From assembly GCA_003971905.1 (NCBI GenBank), contig RSEE01000001.1, forward strand, positions 1,364,001-1,428,000: a DNA stretch of 64,000 nucleotides, given 5' to 3'. Source of the DNA: Moniliella sp. 'wahieum' (lineage: Eukaryota). A model generated the notes under the pieces. That model saw only the letters and a list, made by a program, of their open reading frames with translations. It was not told the DNA's origin and made no database searches. The translations under genes and the position numbers were made by a program. Below are positions 25,301 to 38,341 of this stretch, piece after piece (positions within the stretch are counted from its first letter, which is position 1; each line of letters opens with the position of its first letter).

Positions 25301-26594
25301 GAGGAGAAGATGCGCGGGGGTGATCTTAGTCGCGAAGGGCTCATTGGCCTAGGCATGGTACGGAGACGCGCGGAGCTAGGTTGAACGGGCGGTGGACGCG
25401 GTTGGATGCTAGTTGAGGTAGAAGCGTTGGCAGCAGAAGGACGAAAGGCGGGACGAAATCGAGATTTCTGCTCGGTTGGTCGCTCAGATGGAGGAGGATG
25501 GACAGGTTCCATGGCGGTATCAGGCTCGAGAGACGTTTGCACGTGTTCATGGGACACTTTGCGCTTCTTGGGTGGGGGACGAATGGGAGAGGAGGGTGCT
25601 GGAGAGGAAGATATCAGGACCGGATCGGGTGGAGCCACGTGGGACGTGGCTGGTTCAACGCCAGCCTGAGCGATTCGTGGCGAAGGGACATGAGGTGGTG
25701 CGGAGGAAGAAGGCATGAGGGAGATGTCACCATCCACTTCCAGCTCCTCCAGCTGATCCAAATCCATCAAAATGACTTGGGGCAACCTTGCCACCTGCCC
25801 CTCGGGGGCTGGGAGGGCTGGGTGAGGTACCCTCTAACAGCGGGGAACTTGGGGGGGCTAGTACCTGAGAGCGCAAAGGGCGTGAGGCGGGAGAGAGGGC
25901 AGATGCGTTCGCTCCCCATCATCTTGTGGCGGAGGCGAGCGCGAGGGAGGGATCGATCGAGACGTGCTACGCTCTGCAAGAGTCGGGGCAGGACCTTTCC
26001 GAGCTTCCATCTCAGCCTTAATGTCGGCAATGCGGGCTGGGCAAAGTCGCTTTCGAAAAGGAATCCAACGGCGGTCAGCAAAACACACGCCCGCCGTGCT
26101 CACAAGTGCACATACCGGTTATATTGAAGCAACTCCATATCCTGGCCTGGTGGAGGGTTCCCCTCAAGGCACTGGATATAGAGTTCCATTAACTCCATTC
26201 TTGTCTTGCCGTATCTGTAGCTCACGGGCCAACTCTGAGTCGGACCAGTCCTTGATGCGGGATTGAAAGCTAGTTCCCTTACTACTGGGAATCGCGGGGG
26301 CATAAGTGGTGGAAGGCGGGTCGCTGCGGTCGGTGGGCACGACAGTGGAGGGAGTAGGGTCGAGGGAGGCGAGGCGGTCGCGTGTGGTCGAGTGATGGGA
26401 CGTGTCAGCGCTGCGACTATGGCTGGCGCTGCCGCCTACTCCACCGGTGTGGTTGCCATGATCCCGGCTGCGGCTGGAGTCGTGATTGGGGTCGGGATCG
26501 TTGTCGTCGTCGTCAGAGGTGGGGATGACGGGGCGGCGCTTCCGGCGGACGGAGCGCTGGGAAGCGGCGGGGGCGTTGGCGAGGAGCGATCCAT
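22390..26594 (-). CDS. SGS1: RecQ family DNA helicase (Sgs1/BLM ortholog)
   Basis: Motifs [65 protein letters not shown], the RQC Zn motif [20 protein letters not shown], a winged helix and an HRDC-like region. Many frameshifts; both ends approximate. Confidence 0.96.
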
Positions 26595-26934
26595 GCAGCA
26601 GCTTGCCCACAGACGGAGGCGTGGGGAGCAATGGGGCGGGGGAGAGGGGGCACGCGCGGGAGCTAGAGAGTGGTGATGGTGGTGGTGGTGGTGGCGGCGG
26701 TGAGGCTGAACGCAGCGCGTGGCTGGCGGTGTTGAACGTGGGATTTGCCTGGGCCGGCCACCCAAATTGCACGCGTCGGCAGAGGAGACAGCAACGCTGC
26801 CCACCGCCTTCTGATTGGTCAGAGTGACCGGCGACATGTGACCTGTGCACCGCCTTCTCCCAAATGACTGCACTGGCCCAGCCGCGACGCGCTTCTGGCC
26901 ACCACTCGCGCGCACTAGCCCGCTCCAATGCGAT

Positions 26935-26972
26935 GCGCGTGGCGCGTGACCGCATGACGCGTGACGCGTGAT
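26935..26972. promoter_or_regulatory. MCB-like elements (2x ACGCGT plus CGCG variants) upstream of SGS1
   Basis: Sequence gcgcgtggcgcgtgaccgcatgacgcgtgacgcgtg. Confidence 0.5.
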
Positions 26973-27349
26973 CACGCCTTCGGCGTTGTTCAGGCAACGC
27001 GCCGTTGTGTGTAATTCCGCCATGCCCTCCAACCTCGCTGGGTCACGTGCATCCGCGTGGCACCTGGCACTTCGCTTATATCATGCATCATGCATCATCG
27101 ATCATCGCCAGCCCACACCAGTTGGCGCGCCGCTCTTCGCCAACCCCGTTGTTCCTCTCTCGATCCATACTCTACCGGTGCATCCTTGACATCCTGGAAG
27201 GCCTGTGCGTTTCAGATCCCACCCCAGACACTAGCCACTCTTCGCCCCCGCCTCTCCCACCCGGTGTACATGTATGGCATGTTGTATCGAGAGCACGTCC
27301 ACTCTTGCCCCTCCCCCATCTCCCGCGATCCTGAGTGCGATCATCAAGG

Positions 27350-29097
27350 TCACTTGTCCGATGCAGGCTTGGCAGGAGGGCGGACAAAGTATTGGTTACG
27401 GAACTCGTACTTGTCCTGGTCGGCACTGACAAAGCCCACTCGGAACGCTGAAAGCGTGCTTGCTTGTCCTGTGCGTCCCCAGCCTCGGGCGGCGCCGCAT
27501 GGTAATAAGAATGCGTCCCCAGTAACCAAAGTCTTGCGTGTTGACCGCGATAAGCTCGAGATCCGGGTGGGTAGGCACGGGTGTTGGCACCTTGTCCTCC
27601 GCATTCGGATCGGTCACCGACGGTACGAAGAACACCAGCCTCCCGCCGTCGTTCAACAACAGCGCCGACTGAGCCAACAAGTCGGTCAACAAATCCGACA
27701 GATGGTATGCTCTTGTCGGGGGCTTGTAGTCTGGCAATTCATGTGCGTATTCCCCAGTCGCCAATCGGAACGGCACCTGTCCCGTACGTTCTTGCCTCGA
27801 CCCAGGCCGCGCACCCAACTTCTTGGCTCCTGCCCGCACACCGTAGGGCGGATCCGTAACGATCGCGTCAAACAGGCCTTGCCGTGCATACGCCCCGTGC
27901 CGCCACGCCGGTTGCGTCACGTCCATGTGCACACAGTCTACCATTTGCGCCGCAGTCCCGTACTTCTTGGCAGTGTTCATAACCGAAGTGGTGCGGCCTC
28001 CCAACGCTACCCATGAAAAGTTGTAGAGGTCAGTGTCGCTCGTAGGTACAAAAAGGAGGAATAAAATGAATACGAACGCTCTTTGCCCCGAATCTGGCGG
28101 CCATCCAGCTCGCTCCCGTACACGTATGCCCCAAATTTGGCTGCGGTGTGGAGCATGGACCCAGTACCCATAAACGGGTCGTAGACCAGTTTGCCTGGAC
28201 CAGCCAGTGCCATCACAGCCATGCGGAGACTCATCGAGGCTTCCATGGTCGTGTTGCCATAATACAGACGCTTAGACACCGCCATCGAGTCGGTCAGACG
28301 GCGACCGTAGGAAAAGTGATTCAGTTCGCGACCGAGATAGTAGTGCACTGGTACCTTGGCCGGCGGCGTGGACTTGTCGCCCCGCTCAGCCTTGGGCTGG
28401 GTAAGGTGGTTATGGTAGTCAAAGATAGCCACCAAACCAACGGACAGCTCGGCCTTCTTGAGACGAATCTTACCTGGCAAGGCGAGATAACTAAGCGCAT
28501 TGATCTGGGCCAGCCGGTCTTGGTCTGACAATGTCCAACCGTAGTTGATGCAAGAATACCCCACGTCAACTCTTCCCCGCGCGCCTTCCAGGGGGCAATC
28601 AGACGCTCCGCCTCGGCGGATTGGGCTTGCTGATGCAGCGTGGCAAAGTCAGACGCATGCGCCCATACTTCAATGACCAACTTGATCCCAACACTGCGGG
28701 CACAGATGCGCCGCACATCCGCTTCACCCCCAGGCAGACGGAGCAGGATAAAAGGGGAGACCCACTCGGGCGGCGGCGTGTGGAAAGCATCGGGCGCCTG
28801 GGTACCATGCACATACATGTCCTTACCACGGCGGAAAGTGTCCACAGTGGCAGCCAAGTCGGGGTAGGAGCTGTTCCACGACACGACCTCTGGATCGATC
28901 GCGAGGTATTCGCATAGAGCCAGCAATTCGGAAAGGGAGAAGTTGAGGTTGTCCTCGCTGTACCAAAGTGCATAGAGCTTGGGCGAGGATGAAGCAGATG
29001 TTTGCGCCTCGATAACATCCTTATCGGGTCGTGCATCTTGCCCCTGGATGGCGTGTGACGCCAGCTGCTCTGCCAGCGCGTCAACAGGGGCTGACAT
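27350..29097 (-). CDS. TRM11: tRNA (guanine-10-N2)-methyltransferase catalytic subunit
   Basis: Motifs KRLYYGNTTMEASMSL, VYDPFMGTGS, GSELDGRQIRG, FDAIVTDPPYGVRAG and LLNDGGRLVF. Confidence 0.93.
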
Positions 29098-29918
29098 GTT
29101 GGGGAGATGGGGTGTATTTTAGGGACTTGCGTCTCCTTCCATTGGAGAGGTTGGGCAAAAATTACCAGGGAGAGCCACGAGCGGAATGAAGGGGGGCTAT
29201 TGCACCAATGCATGAGCTTGGAATTCCGCTAGCCAGCCAATTGCACCGGTCGTCTTGGTCCGAATATCCGTGTTGGATGGGAAGCTAAAATCAATACGTT
29301 GGTCTCTCCATCGTGTCCACTCGCGCTATAGATCCACTTTGGAAACGAATGGGGGTTAGGGACAGAGAGCCTTGACCCTTTGGAAACACCTTGGGCTTCC
29401 TAAGTGGATGAGAGCGAACTGTCCCCAAACAATGGTAACTGAAGCGCCACACTTCTGCTCAAGTTACGATGCTCAGCAAGTTACGACACAAGTCTATACG
29501 TAGACACCGGGCTGTGTGAGTGTGGAGATTCAATATGGTTGAAGGCAATCAAAACATCAAGACAACTGAACGTATTTTCCACCGTTCTCATTGCAGAGAT
29601 TAGTGCCGCTCGTTGTAAAATAGGTGGGTGCACCAGGCACCGACAAGACGAGGGTAGGTAGAACGAGAGGGTAGGGTAGCAGCAAGTATACGAAAGCAGA
29701 AACCGAGGTTAAAATGGAGAGGGCATACAAGAGGTATAAACACAGAAGCAGACAGAACGGGCGTGTGGCCACACACACACACAAGCATATAGGGATCTCT
29801 GGTGGGGGGAGAAAGGTGCGACTGCGGCACTTGCGATGGACCTACTATTAGTGGATCGACCCACCGCAACTGGGGCAATCGGTGGGGGGTTGAGATCCTA
29901 GAGCCCGTCGGACCCCCC

Positions 29919-31574
29919 TCAGCTCGGTGGAGAGATGACGAAGTTCAGATTCCAGTTGGTTGGAACGGGCGACCAAGGCAGCACGGGCATGGGTACTAGA
30001 AGTGTCCAGGGGAGCACGTCGGGGTGGGGAGGCGCGTGAAGTAAGATCGGGGGACGAAGAGGCCGGGAGTGGAAGAGATGACCCTGCTTCAGTACAGTGT
30101 CCGGTTTGGGGGGAGAGGAAACCTCATATTTCATCCCCTCTGAGGCTGGGATGGATGTAGTGCCGCTGGTCATCAAGGAGGGTAACGGGGCCGAGGTAGT
30201 GCCTGCTGAGCCCAAGGGGGAAGTAGGGTGGGAGGGTTGGGGGCGGCTGAAGGAGGTGATGATCTTTAATTCTTCTTGATCACGACCGCGACGGCACACA
30301 GGGAGTCCATTCGGTAGAAGAAGGGTTGGGGGCACTTGAAATTGCGGGGAGGGGTTAGGAGGACCACCCGATGAGCGGAAAGATGTGGTAGAGTAGAGCT
30401 GGGAGGAACTCTGGCTTCGGGAGAGTCTCCTGCAACTCGGAGACGGTGGCGACGAAACGTTGGGGGAGAGATTGGAGGACATTGAACCAGGGAGAGGATT
30501 AGAGGCCGATCGAGGAGCGGGAATGGGATCCCCCACACCAGGAGGGAGACGTTTAAGGGCAGATCCGCTCATGGATAAATGGAATGCATGGCCCATGCCT
30601 CGTCCATGTGAAAAAGGGAGTGGGACGAGGTGGGGTGGAGCGGGCCTGATTGGCCTTGGAGCGGACAATGAGAGCAAACAAAGAACGAGAAGGCCGCAGG
30701 GAGCGGTGGGTCCGCGACGAAGGCGTGGGAATGGTGTCCCTGTCGGAGCCTGCAGGCGAAACGGCATTATTTGATGAGGTCGGGAGGACAGTGCCTGCCA
30801 TATTCTCGTTACTAGCTGGGCCGCAGAGGGTAGCAGGGCTGTTGGTCAAGGAGGTGCCTTCAGAGGAAAAAGGGTAGACATTAGCTGGCTCAGTAGAAGG
30901 GGGGTTGAAGTAGGCAACCGGGGGCTGAAAGGGGTGGGGTCAGCGGCCGTGTTAGAACGCGACAGATCGCTCTCATTTAGTACTGAGTGACCCTCGGTAC
31001 CGGAGAAGAGGCGGGAAAAGCCGAGAGTGTAGGAGAAGAGTGTGGTATCGATGCAGAGATATCAGGGGTGGACGGCGACCACAGCGCTGGACTCAATGGA
31101 GGACTAAAGGGTGGGCACTCCGAAGAGGGTGAAGGATGATGGCCTTGATCGTTGAGGGGTGATTCAGGGATGGGATAAGGAGTTTCATCCAGACTCAAAA
31201 AAGAGAGGGCCTTGTGCAGACGTGGTTGCTGTGCCAGCGCGAGGGAACGCGGAGGAGCCGAAGAAATGGAGGTGGAGGAAGTGTTGGGGCTACGGATGGC
31301 AAAGCCCATGGAACGTGATCGGGACAGTACTCGACGTGGCGGAGGTCGCAAGGACTTAGTGGTGAGAAAGAACGAGGCTCAACCCGAGAGGGACTCTTCT
31401 TTTGTTGCCGCGACAGAAACATGTTGACGGTTGTGTACGGGTTTCACAGGCGTTCGGAAAGCCCTCGTCTTCCTCCCATGGGGCAGCAGACAGGCGGGTG
31501 ACCTTGATGCCGGTGATCTGGGTCACGTCTAGGGTAGGCTCCGTCATCAGGAGCGTCTCTGAGGCAGGCTTCAT
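29919..31574 (-). CDS. Hypothetical Ser/Pro-rich protein
   Basis: A chain of minus-strand ORFs (31356-31832 part, 30977-31351, 30553-30849, 29919-30767). No domain recognised. Confidence 0.45.
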
Positions 31575-32573
31575 GATGGAAAGGGCGGGATGAGAAGAGG
31601 GAGAGGCGTGTGCGCTTCGTCGAAGTGTGGTAGTTGGGAATGCCGTCTCTACTAATAGTAGAAAGGATTCAAGGGGGTCGGCTCTGATCCTGCTGGGGGC
31701 GCAGATGAAAGCAGCGGGGCTAAGGGGGGGAGTGGGGAAACGGCGCGAGATGAAGAGACAGAGGCGTCGTAGTGAAAGAAGGCTGTGCGGGCGGGCGGTG
31801 TACTTTAAACCACCCGAAAGTAAGCGTGTCACGTTGTCACATGTGATAGGTCACATGTCACAGAAGCACCACGCGCCGCACTTGCGGAGAAAAGAGATGA
31901 TCAGTGGTCGGTGATGCGTGACGGATGTATCGCAAGCGATGTTGAGCGCGATGAGATGCGAGATGAGCCTGAAAAGCTCCTGAAATGCTGAGAAAGAAAC
32001 CTGAGGCACCTGAGGGCCAGAGGTGCAGGCCCTGAGGGACTGAAGGTTTACGTGCACCTTTAGCTGAAGCGTCTGCGTGGCGCTCAGGGACGGGGGCAAA
32101 GCAACTCGCCGGCACCGTGTTACGCTTTACGGGCCGGGCTGGATCCCAACAGATGGTCAGATCCAAGCTAAGGCCCAGGCCCACCTGCTGTGCACTTGCC
32201 CAGTAGAGCGCGTTTCGAAGTCCAACCAAGTTTGATGATGCAGATGATGTCGATGATGGTTGGTTAAATCATTAATCAGGCCTGAGCCTCAGAAGGGCCT
32301 CAGGGGCCTCAGGCCTCAGGTATGGTGGCCTGAAGAGGGGCCATGCATCTGCGTGACAACAGTCGCCCCCGCCCAAGTCCAAGTCGGAGGGCCTAAATAA
32401 GGCCACCGAGTTTCCGGTACCTTTGCGACGACAGTCGCCCCGTCACCGGGTCACCGGTCACCACTTGGTACTTGTCCTTTCTCTGTGGCGCCTCTGCGGC
32501 AACCAACCCCACTTTTGACATGTTTTCCTTTCTACACCCCTAATATTGTATTCGTTTTCCTTTTGTTCTAGCC

Positions 32574-33123
32574 GTGTTGGTGGGGATCCCTTGCCCCGCC
32601 TTCCATTCTCGTCTCTTCCTTGTCCCTTCCCGCCTGTTCCTGTCCAACTCGCCTGCCTCCAACTCCTGCCCGTTTCCAGGCACAATTGATTCAGTACGTG
32701 CAACCTCCTCTCCACTTAGCTCCATCCTCCCCTTCCGACCTCGACCTCCAGCGCCTTCCTTCGGCCGCGCCGATTCCTCGTACCAGTTTACCACGTGGGT
32801 TCCTTTCCATCAGCCACGCCGACGGCCGCCCCTGCCCATCCTCAGCTCTGGGAGTGTTTGTCCTCCACTGCCTCTACCCGTCCCTAAGGCCCGGGTGCTT
32901 TTCAGACACGTTACTACGGCCCAAGCCGGTGCATACGCAGCCTTGCCACACGAGCAGTCGTTTCCGCTTCACGCCCAAAGGCCTCTCCTCGTCCCTATCT
33001 CGCCCGGATCCACCAACTAGTCCAAGCCGAAAGTACCGTGAGTCGTCCTTCCGTCTCCTAAGGGATTGTACCCATAAACCGGGGCGGCCCCCCTGGCGGC
33101 CCGCCCGTGCGTTTGAACCTTAA
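32574..33123 (+). CDS. Possible small hypothetical protein
   Basis: Two overlapping + ORFs only. There is no homology cue. Confidence 0.2.
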
Positions 33124-33868
33124 GCTCACTGTCAATGATATGGTTACAGAGTAGAGATGAGATTTGTGGTTCAGTAGACGGAAACCAAGAGCCCTTAGGA
33201 GAATGGAAGCGGGTGGCAAGTCCACTAGACCAACATAACTAACACACCATTCTTTTATCACCTCAGGCTCGAAAGGGCCTGAAGTGCTCTCCCATTTGCA
33301 TTTTGTGCTCATCACGCCCTCTCGCGTTCCGAATTGTGCTCTTTTGGGATCGGAGCGCGTTCCAATGTGCAACGCTCAGGCTCAGCCTAAGTGAGCCTGC
33401 ACTTGGTCCAGGCAAAGGCGCAGAGAGTCATGTCAGTGCTCCAGCCAACTGATTCGGGTGGGTGCTAGTAGCTAGCTGGATATGCCGGTCAGCAGCAAAC
33501 CAGCGCCGTGTCAGGTCAAGCTTCAAGCTTCAAGTGTAAATGTAATGGAACTCGCCATTGGATGCCCAGCACAGCCGAGCCCGGCACAACCCAGCACAGT
33601 GGAGGCGGTGGGCTGTGCCTTCCTTCGGCCCCAACGCTGCCGCCCGAGAGAGGGCAGCGCAGGACAACTCAAGTGTTCGTCTCCCACAGACGCGTCACGC
33701 GCGTCACGCGCGTAACGTACCCGATCCGCAAGAGGCCGCTTCACAATGCCAATATTTCAAGTGATTACGTACTACTCTGGTCAGCGCCATACGCTCGGAA
33801 TTGAAGCTGCCCTGGACCAAAACGCGTGACGATGGCAGGTGTCGTTCCAACTCCCATCAACCACTGCC

Positions 33869-35646
33869 ATGTCCCTTGTGTACGGGGGCGACGAGGTCTC
33901 GGCCATTGTGGTCGACTATGGGACTCACAGTCTCCGCGCCGGATGGGTGGAGAGGACACGCCTCGCTGCATCTTTCCCACTGCGTACGGCTACGTGCCTG
34001 ATGAGCATGAGGGTCCGCCCCGCTGGCCACTACGTCCTCTTCGTCTTCTGCTCCGGATGCGCAGCCCGACGGTTCGGACGCCATGGAAGGCGTAGAGACT
34101 TCAGAGGGGGATCATGCAGCTCCAGATCAGCCCGGGAGTCCGTCTGCTGGGGGGACGCTGCTAACGGGTCCTTGCCCCGCCCATCAGACGCGCCTTCCCT
34201 TCCTCCACCATCCCAGGCCCGGGCAGACGCTAGGAGGGCCAAATGGGCTGCCAAACTGTATGGTGAGAAGAGGAAACGGTTTGTTGGCGAATTTGGTGCC
34301 AACAGCTACCGCGCGGACATGGAGGTGGGGAGCCCACTGGACGCCGAGGGTGTTTGTACGTCCTCTTTCCCCCCATCACAGGAACTACTTGATTCAAACT
34401 GACGCACTTGCTTGACCAGTGCAATCCGTGCCAGCTATGTTTGCTGAGATTGAATACGCTCTGAAAGATCAGATGCGGGCCGAGGTGTCAGCAAACCCCT
34501 TGCTCATTACTGAGCCTTCGTGGTCGAACAAAAAGGCGCGGGAAGAAATGATGAGATGGCATTTGAGGGGTTGGGTGTGCCTGCCTTTTATCTGGCTAAT
34601 GCGTCTGTTATGAGCGCGTAAGTTATTCTTTCCAATCGCGTGTTCGGGAACAAAACTGACCGCTATGGTTAGGTTTGCGGCAGGAAAACCTACGGCGTTG
34701 GTAGTGGATGTGGGCAAATGGGGCATGTCGGCCACGCCCGTGTTGGATGGGTTTGTACTCCAGAAGAACGTTCGACGTCACCTATTGGAGGCGACACGGT
34801 GTCTAAGGCATTGCTCTATTCGCTGCAACATCCCGACTCTGACTCGCCCCGGGCAGGCAGGGCCACAGCCGCCATCACCCCACAGTATCTCATTAAGTCG
34901 AAGACGGCTGTCGAGTTGGGCAAGCCGGCTGTGGTGGAACTGTACGAAGATCGCGTTCAGGTATTCTCCCCCTACCTTTCTCAACAATGTGCTGACAGAT
35001 GTGCAGCACGGTACCGCTTCCTTCAAGGAATACCAGACATTGCGTGTCCTCAACGACTTCAAAGAGGCCTGTGCTCAAGTTCCTGAGTCGTCGGTGGATG
35101 CCACGTGAGTCCACCTTAACGAGGTCCCCTTTGCTCTGCTATCTTCGTCCTACTGACTGCCTGTTAAGCCATACCTCGACGCGCCCAAGCAAACCGTACG
35201 AGTTCCCTGACGGTTCTAGCGATCTGTTTGCAGCCGAACGCTTCCAAGCGGCGGAGGTGCTGTTCAACCCGAGCCTGTGGCAGGACAAGGAAGGTGTGCT
35301 CCCGCCCGCACCCGAGGACGAGTGGAAAGGGGTGGCGGACCTAGTAGTGGACGCAATCAGCTCGGCCGATGTGGATGTGCGCGCCGGCCTGTACGCAAAT
35401 GTGGTTTGTGTGGGCGGCACGACACTTCTGCCTGGCTTTGCGGACCGATTGAGCTACGAGCTAGGCGTCAAGGCGACAGGGCAAAAGGTCAAATTGCATT
35501 CTCCGGGCAATGTGGTGGAGCGCAAGTGCTCTTCTTGGTTGGGTGGGTCAATGTTGGCTTCGTTGGGCACGTTCCACCAACTGTGGGTCTCGCGGCAAGA
35601 ATGGGAAGAGTACGGCAACGCCATCGTTCATGCTCGCTGCAAGTGA
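33869..35646 (+). CDS. ARP4: Nuclear actin-related protein Arp4 (ACTL6/BAF53 family), multi-exon
   Basis: Motifs MSLVYGGDEVSAIVVDYG..LRAGW.GEDTPR, NPLLITEPSWS, FAAGKPTALVVDVG, YEFPDG, NVVCVGGTTL and SWLGGSMLASLGTFHQLWVSRQEWEE. Confidence 0.95.
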
Positions 35647-35955
35647 TTCCCCCCCCCTTTTGACCGAATAGTACCATCTTCCTCGTCCGCACACATCAAC
35701 CTAATCTGAATAGGAGTTTCACCAATTCCTAGAGATCACATACTACGGGATGAAGCTCACCCTAGAGGGAGGGGATGAATGTGGCGCAGCGCTCGAAGCG
35801 GGCGAATGACCGATACAATGATAATAAAACAGGTTTAGGAGACTTGGTTAAAGTTGAGGATATATAGAAGACAATGGTTGGACGCAGGCTCCAACGAGGT
35901 CAAGGGCGCGGGACACCGGATTCTCTTAATGGGTTGAACTTGGATTCCCAGCGGT

Positions 35956-37998
35956 TCAGTTGGTAAAAGCATCCCGTGGGATCGTGTTGGCGGCCTGCAG
36001 CTGTAAGAAGTTGGCCTTGGCCGCCTAGTAGTTCCACCCGTTTTGTGACAGACACATGAGCGAGAATTCTGCGTTCATCCGGGTCTCGGATCCAAGGCGG
36101 ACAACCATGGCATGTTGTTCGGATGTCAGCCCAGCCGCTGTGGCGGGCGCAGTGGCCGGTTCGACCACGGGAACCGTAGACCCAGCCGCCTCAGCTGGAT
36201 GGGGGACCCACGCCTGAGTACCTGCGTATTGACGCAAGCACAACTCGTCGCTCAAATGGAGCATGGCCACCCAGCGCCATAGCCGGCGATCCGGGGGTAG
36301 AGGGGGCGACGAGGAATGTACGATCAAAGCTGCGGACCCCTCCCGAAGTGACCTCGGTGAATTCGCCATGCACGTTGATGAATAGTCCATGGGCGACTCT
36401 GATGACCCAGGCACGGGCGGGCGAGTGGAGGGGATGGTCCAAGCGTCAAAGACGAACTTGGAAGGGTCCGCGATTGGATGACGGGTTTTTGGGAGGCGCC
36501 GCAAAAACTTGATAATGTAGTCGGGCCCCACGCACATCCCTCGAGATGGCGCGTTGGCCCCAAAACGCATGATGTCGTGCTGTTGGAGTTCGTTGAGCAA
36601 ATCGTTCCTCAGCTCCTTTTGATGGCTCATTGAGTTGAAGAACCCAGCAGCTTTGGCCCGCGGAGGGGGAGGTAAGACATGCATGAAGCTAAACATTGCC
36701 TGGGCATCGTATGAAGGCATCAGAGAGTCCACATGGTATCCGTGGTGCTCATAAACCTAGCATGGTGGGGTTAGCAGTTGGGTGTATCGGGTGGGTGTTG
36801 GTCAACTCACTTGTCGAGGAAAGTGGACACCATGGGATCCGTGTCCATCGAAGGGAACACGAACGATGGCCGAATGCCAAGGGGGATGGGGATAGCAGGA
36901 ATATCCGCAAAGTTTGCAGCTGCAGTGGAAACAGTGCCTTTGCTGTTTTGGCGTTGGTGGGTTGAAAAGCGACTTGTTGTGCGGCGGTACGCTCAACCAG
37001 TTTGAAGTCAAGGAGGGTAAGGGATGGGAACTTGGCAAGCACCTCTTGGCGGTAGCCAGCCTCATTACCAGCTGCCTCTGAGGTTTGTTGAACCGGGTTG
37101 CCGACCAGGACGAGTTCGGTGAGCTTACGGAGCGACTTTTTGCCAAAGTGAAGATCTTTGGTCCATTGATGTCGTTCCCCTGGAGCGACAAGGCATTCAG
37201 ACCTGGAGGTATTCTGGCAGTGCGGTGACTGATATAGTGTCTTGAAGTTGTTGAACCCAAGAGAGAGGGTCATTATGTTAGGGTACATCTCCTTGATCAA
37301 CTTGAACAGGGCTGCTGCCAACTTGATTGATGCCCCCGGCGCACCCGGAGGTATGATCCCAGCCTCCAGCAGGATGGGGTCAGCGGCCATGTTCTCGGTT
37401 GAGCGCCTTGCTCGACTCTTGCCACCGGGAACGGAGGTAGTTGCGCAGCGTTTCAATACGCCAAGCAGGCGAAGCAACGCTTTGGTTGTGTTTGTTGGCC
37501 GAGACACGAAGTGCTGCGCCACGCCCGGGCCGCCAGGGCAGTTTGGCGCGGTTGCCTGGACGAGCGCTACCGGAGCGCAGGTCGGCCGAGGCCGTCTGGT
37601 GGACAGAGCCGAAATGGGTCAGTGGAACGAGTATGCAAGGCAAGGAACAGATGACGTACGGAGCGGCGCTTGCCACGGGGCAGAGATGAGGCATGGCGCA
37701 TGCCCACATCCTCGTCGGTGTGGCGAATGAGGCGGTTGTGGCCGCCACCAATGTTGCGCTTGCGACGGGTGTCACGGGCACGGGCGGGCGGATGGCGAAT
37801 GGCCGGTGTCCCGCTCTGGAGCCCCGCCCCACCCCTACGAGGGAAGCGGTGAGGTCGGGCAAGGGCGAAAAGGACATGAGCGGCAGCGGGGGAGATGGTG
37901 GGAGAGATGGAGGTGGCGACGACCTCGGCGATGCTATCATACTCAGACAAGCCAGTGCCCACGGTGCCTATCATAAAGTGCTCAATTGCATCAGCCAT
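35956..37998 (-). CDS. MEX67: mRNA export factor Mex67/NXF1 (LRR, NTF2-like and TAP-C/UBA domains); start uncertain
   Basis: LRR segments IMTLSLGFNNF and LTELVLVGNPV..YRQEVLAKFPSLTLLD, the NTF2-like LFINVHGEFTE..VRSFDRTFLVAP, and the UBA segment ETRMNAEFSLMCLSQNGWNY..ANF..IPRDAF. There is an in-frame TAG at 36025-36027. Confidence 0.88.
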
Positions 37999-38341
37999 GT
38001 CTTATCTCTGTTCTGCATATAAAGAGACTCCTGTTTACCTGTTTGGTGTTACGTAATGCTTAGTCTGGTGGATGTATGGACACGAATTTTGTGTTGGGGG
38101 GCCGGTCGTGTGGGGGGCGAATACCGAACAGTTACCCCCACCACGACAAGCCCCGCACAGGGCAAGTGTCGGAGTTGGAGCGGGCCAACTTCAAACGTCG
38201 AGCTTCGAATCCAAGACCAGAAAACAACATGGCACGGCTATCCTGAATCACGATTAGGTCTCGCATAATTGGCTCCTGCCGGGCTGTCCATACTGACATC
38301 ACCATCTGCCAGCACCAATCTCCTCCTCCACCCCCTCTCTC

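Noticed and set aside
27057..28016. 319-aa + strand ORF
   Set aside because: It is antisense to TRM11 and has no recognisable motif.
36025..36027. Genome-wide TAG reassignment or A-to-I stop editing
   Set aside because: TAG appears as the terminator of the ZIP, methyltransferase and thioesterase genes here. Editing to UGG would place Trp where a polar residue is expected. It is a single instance.
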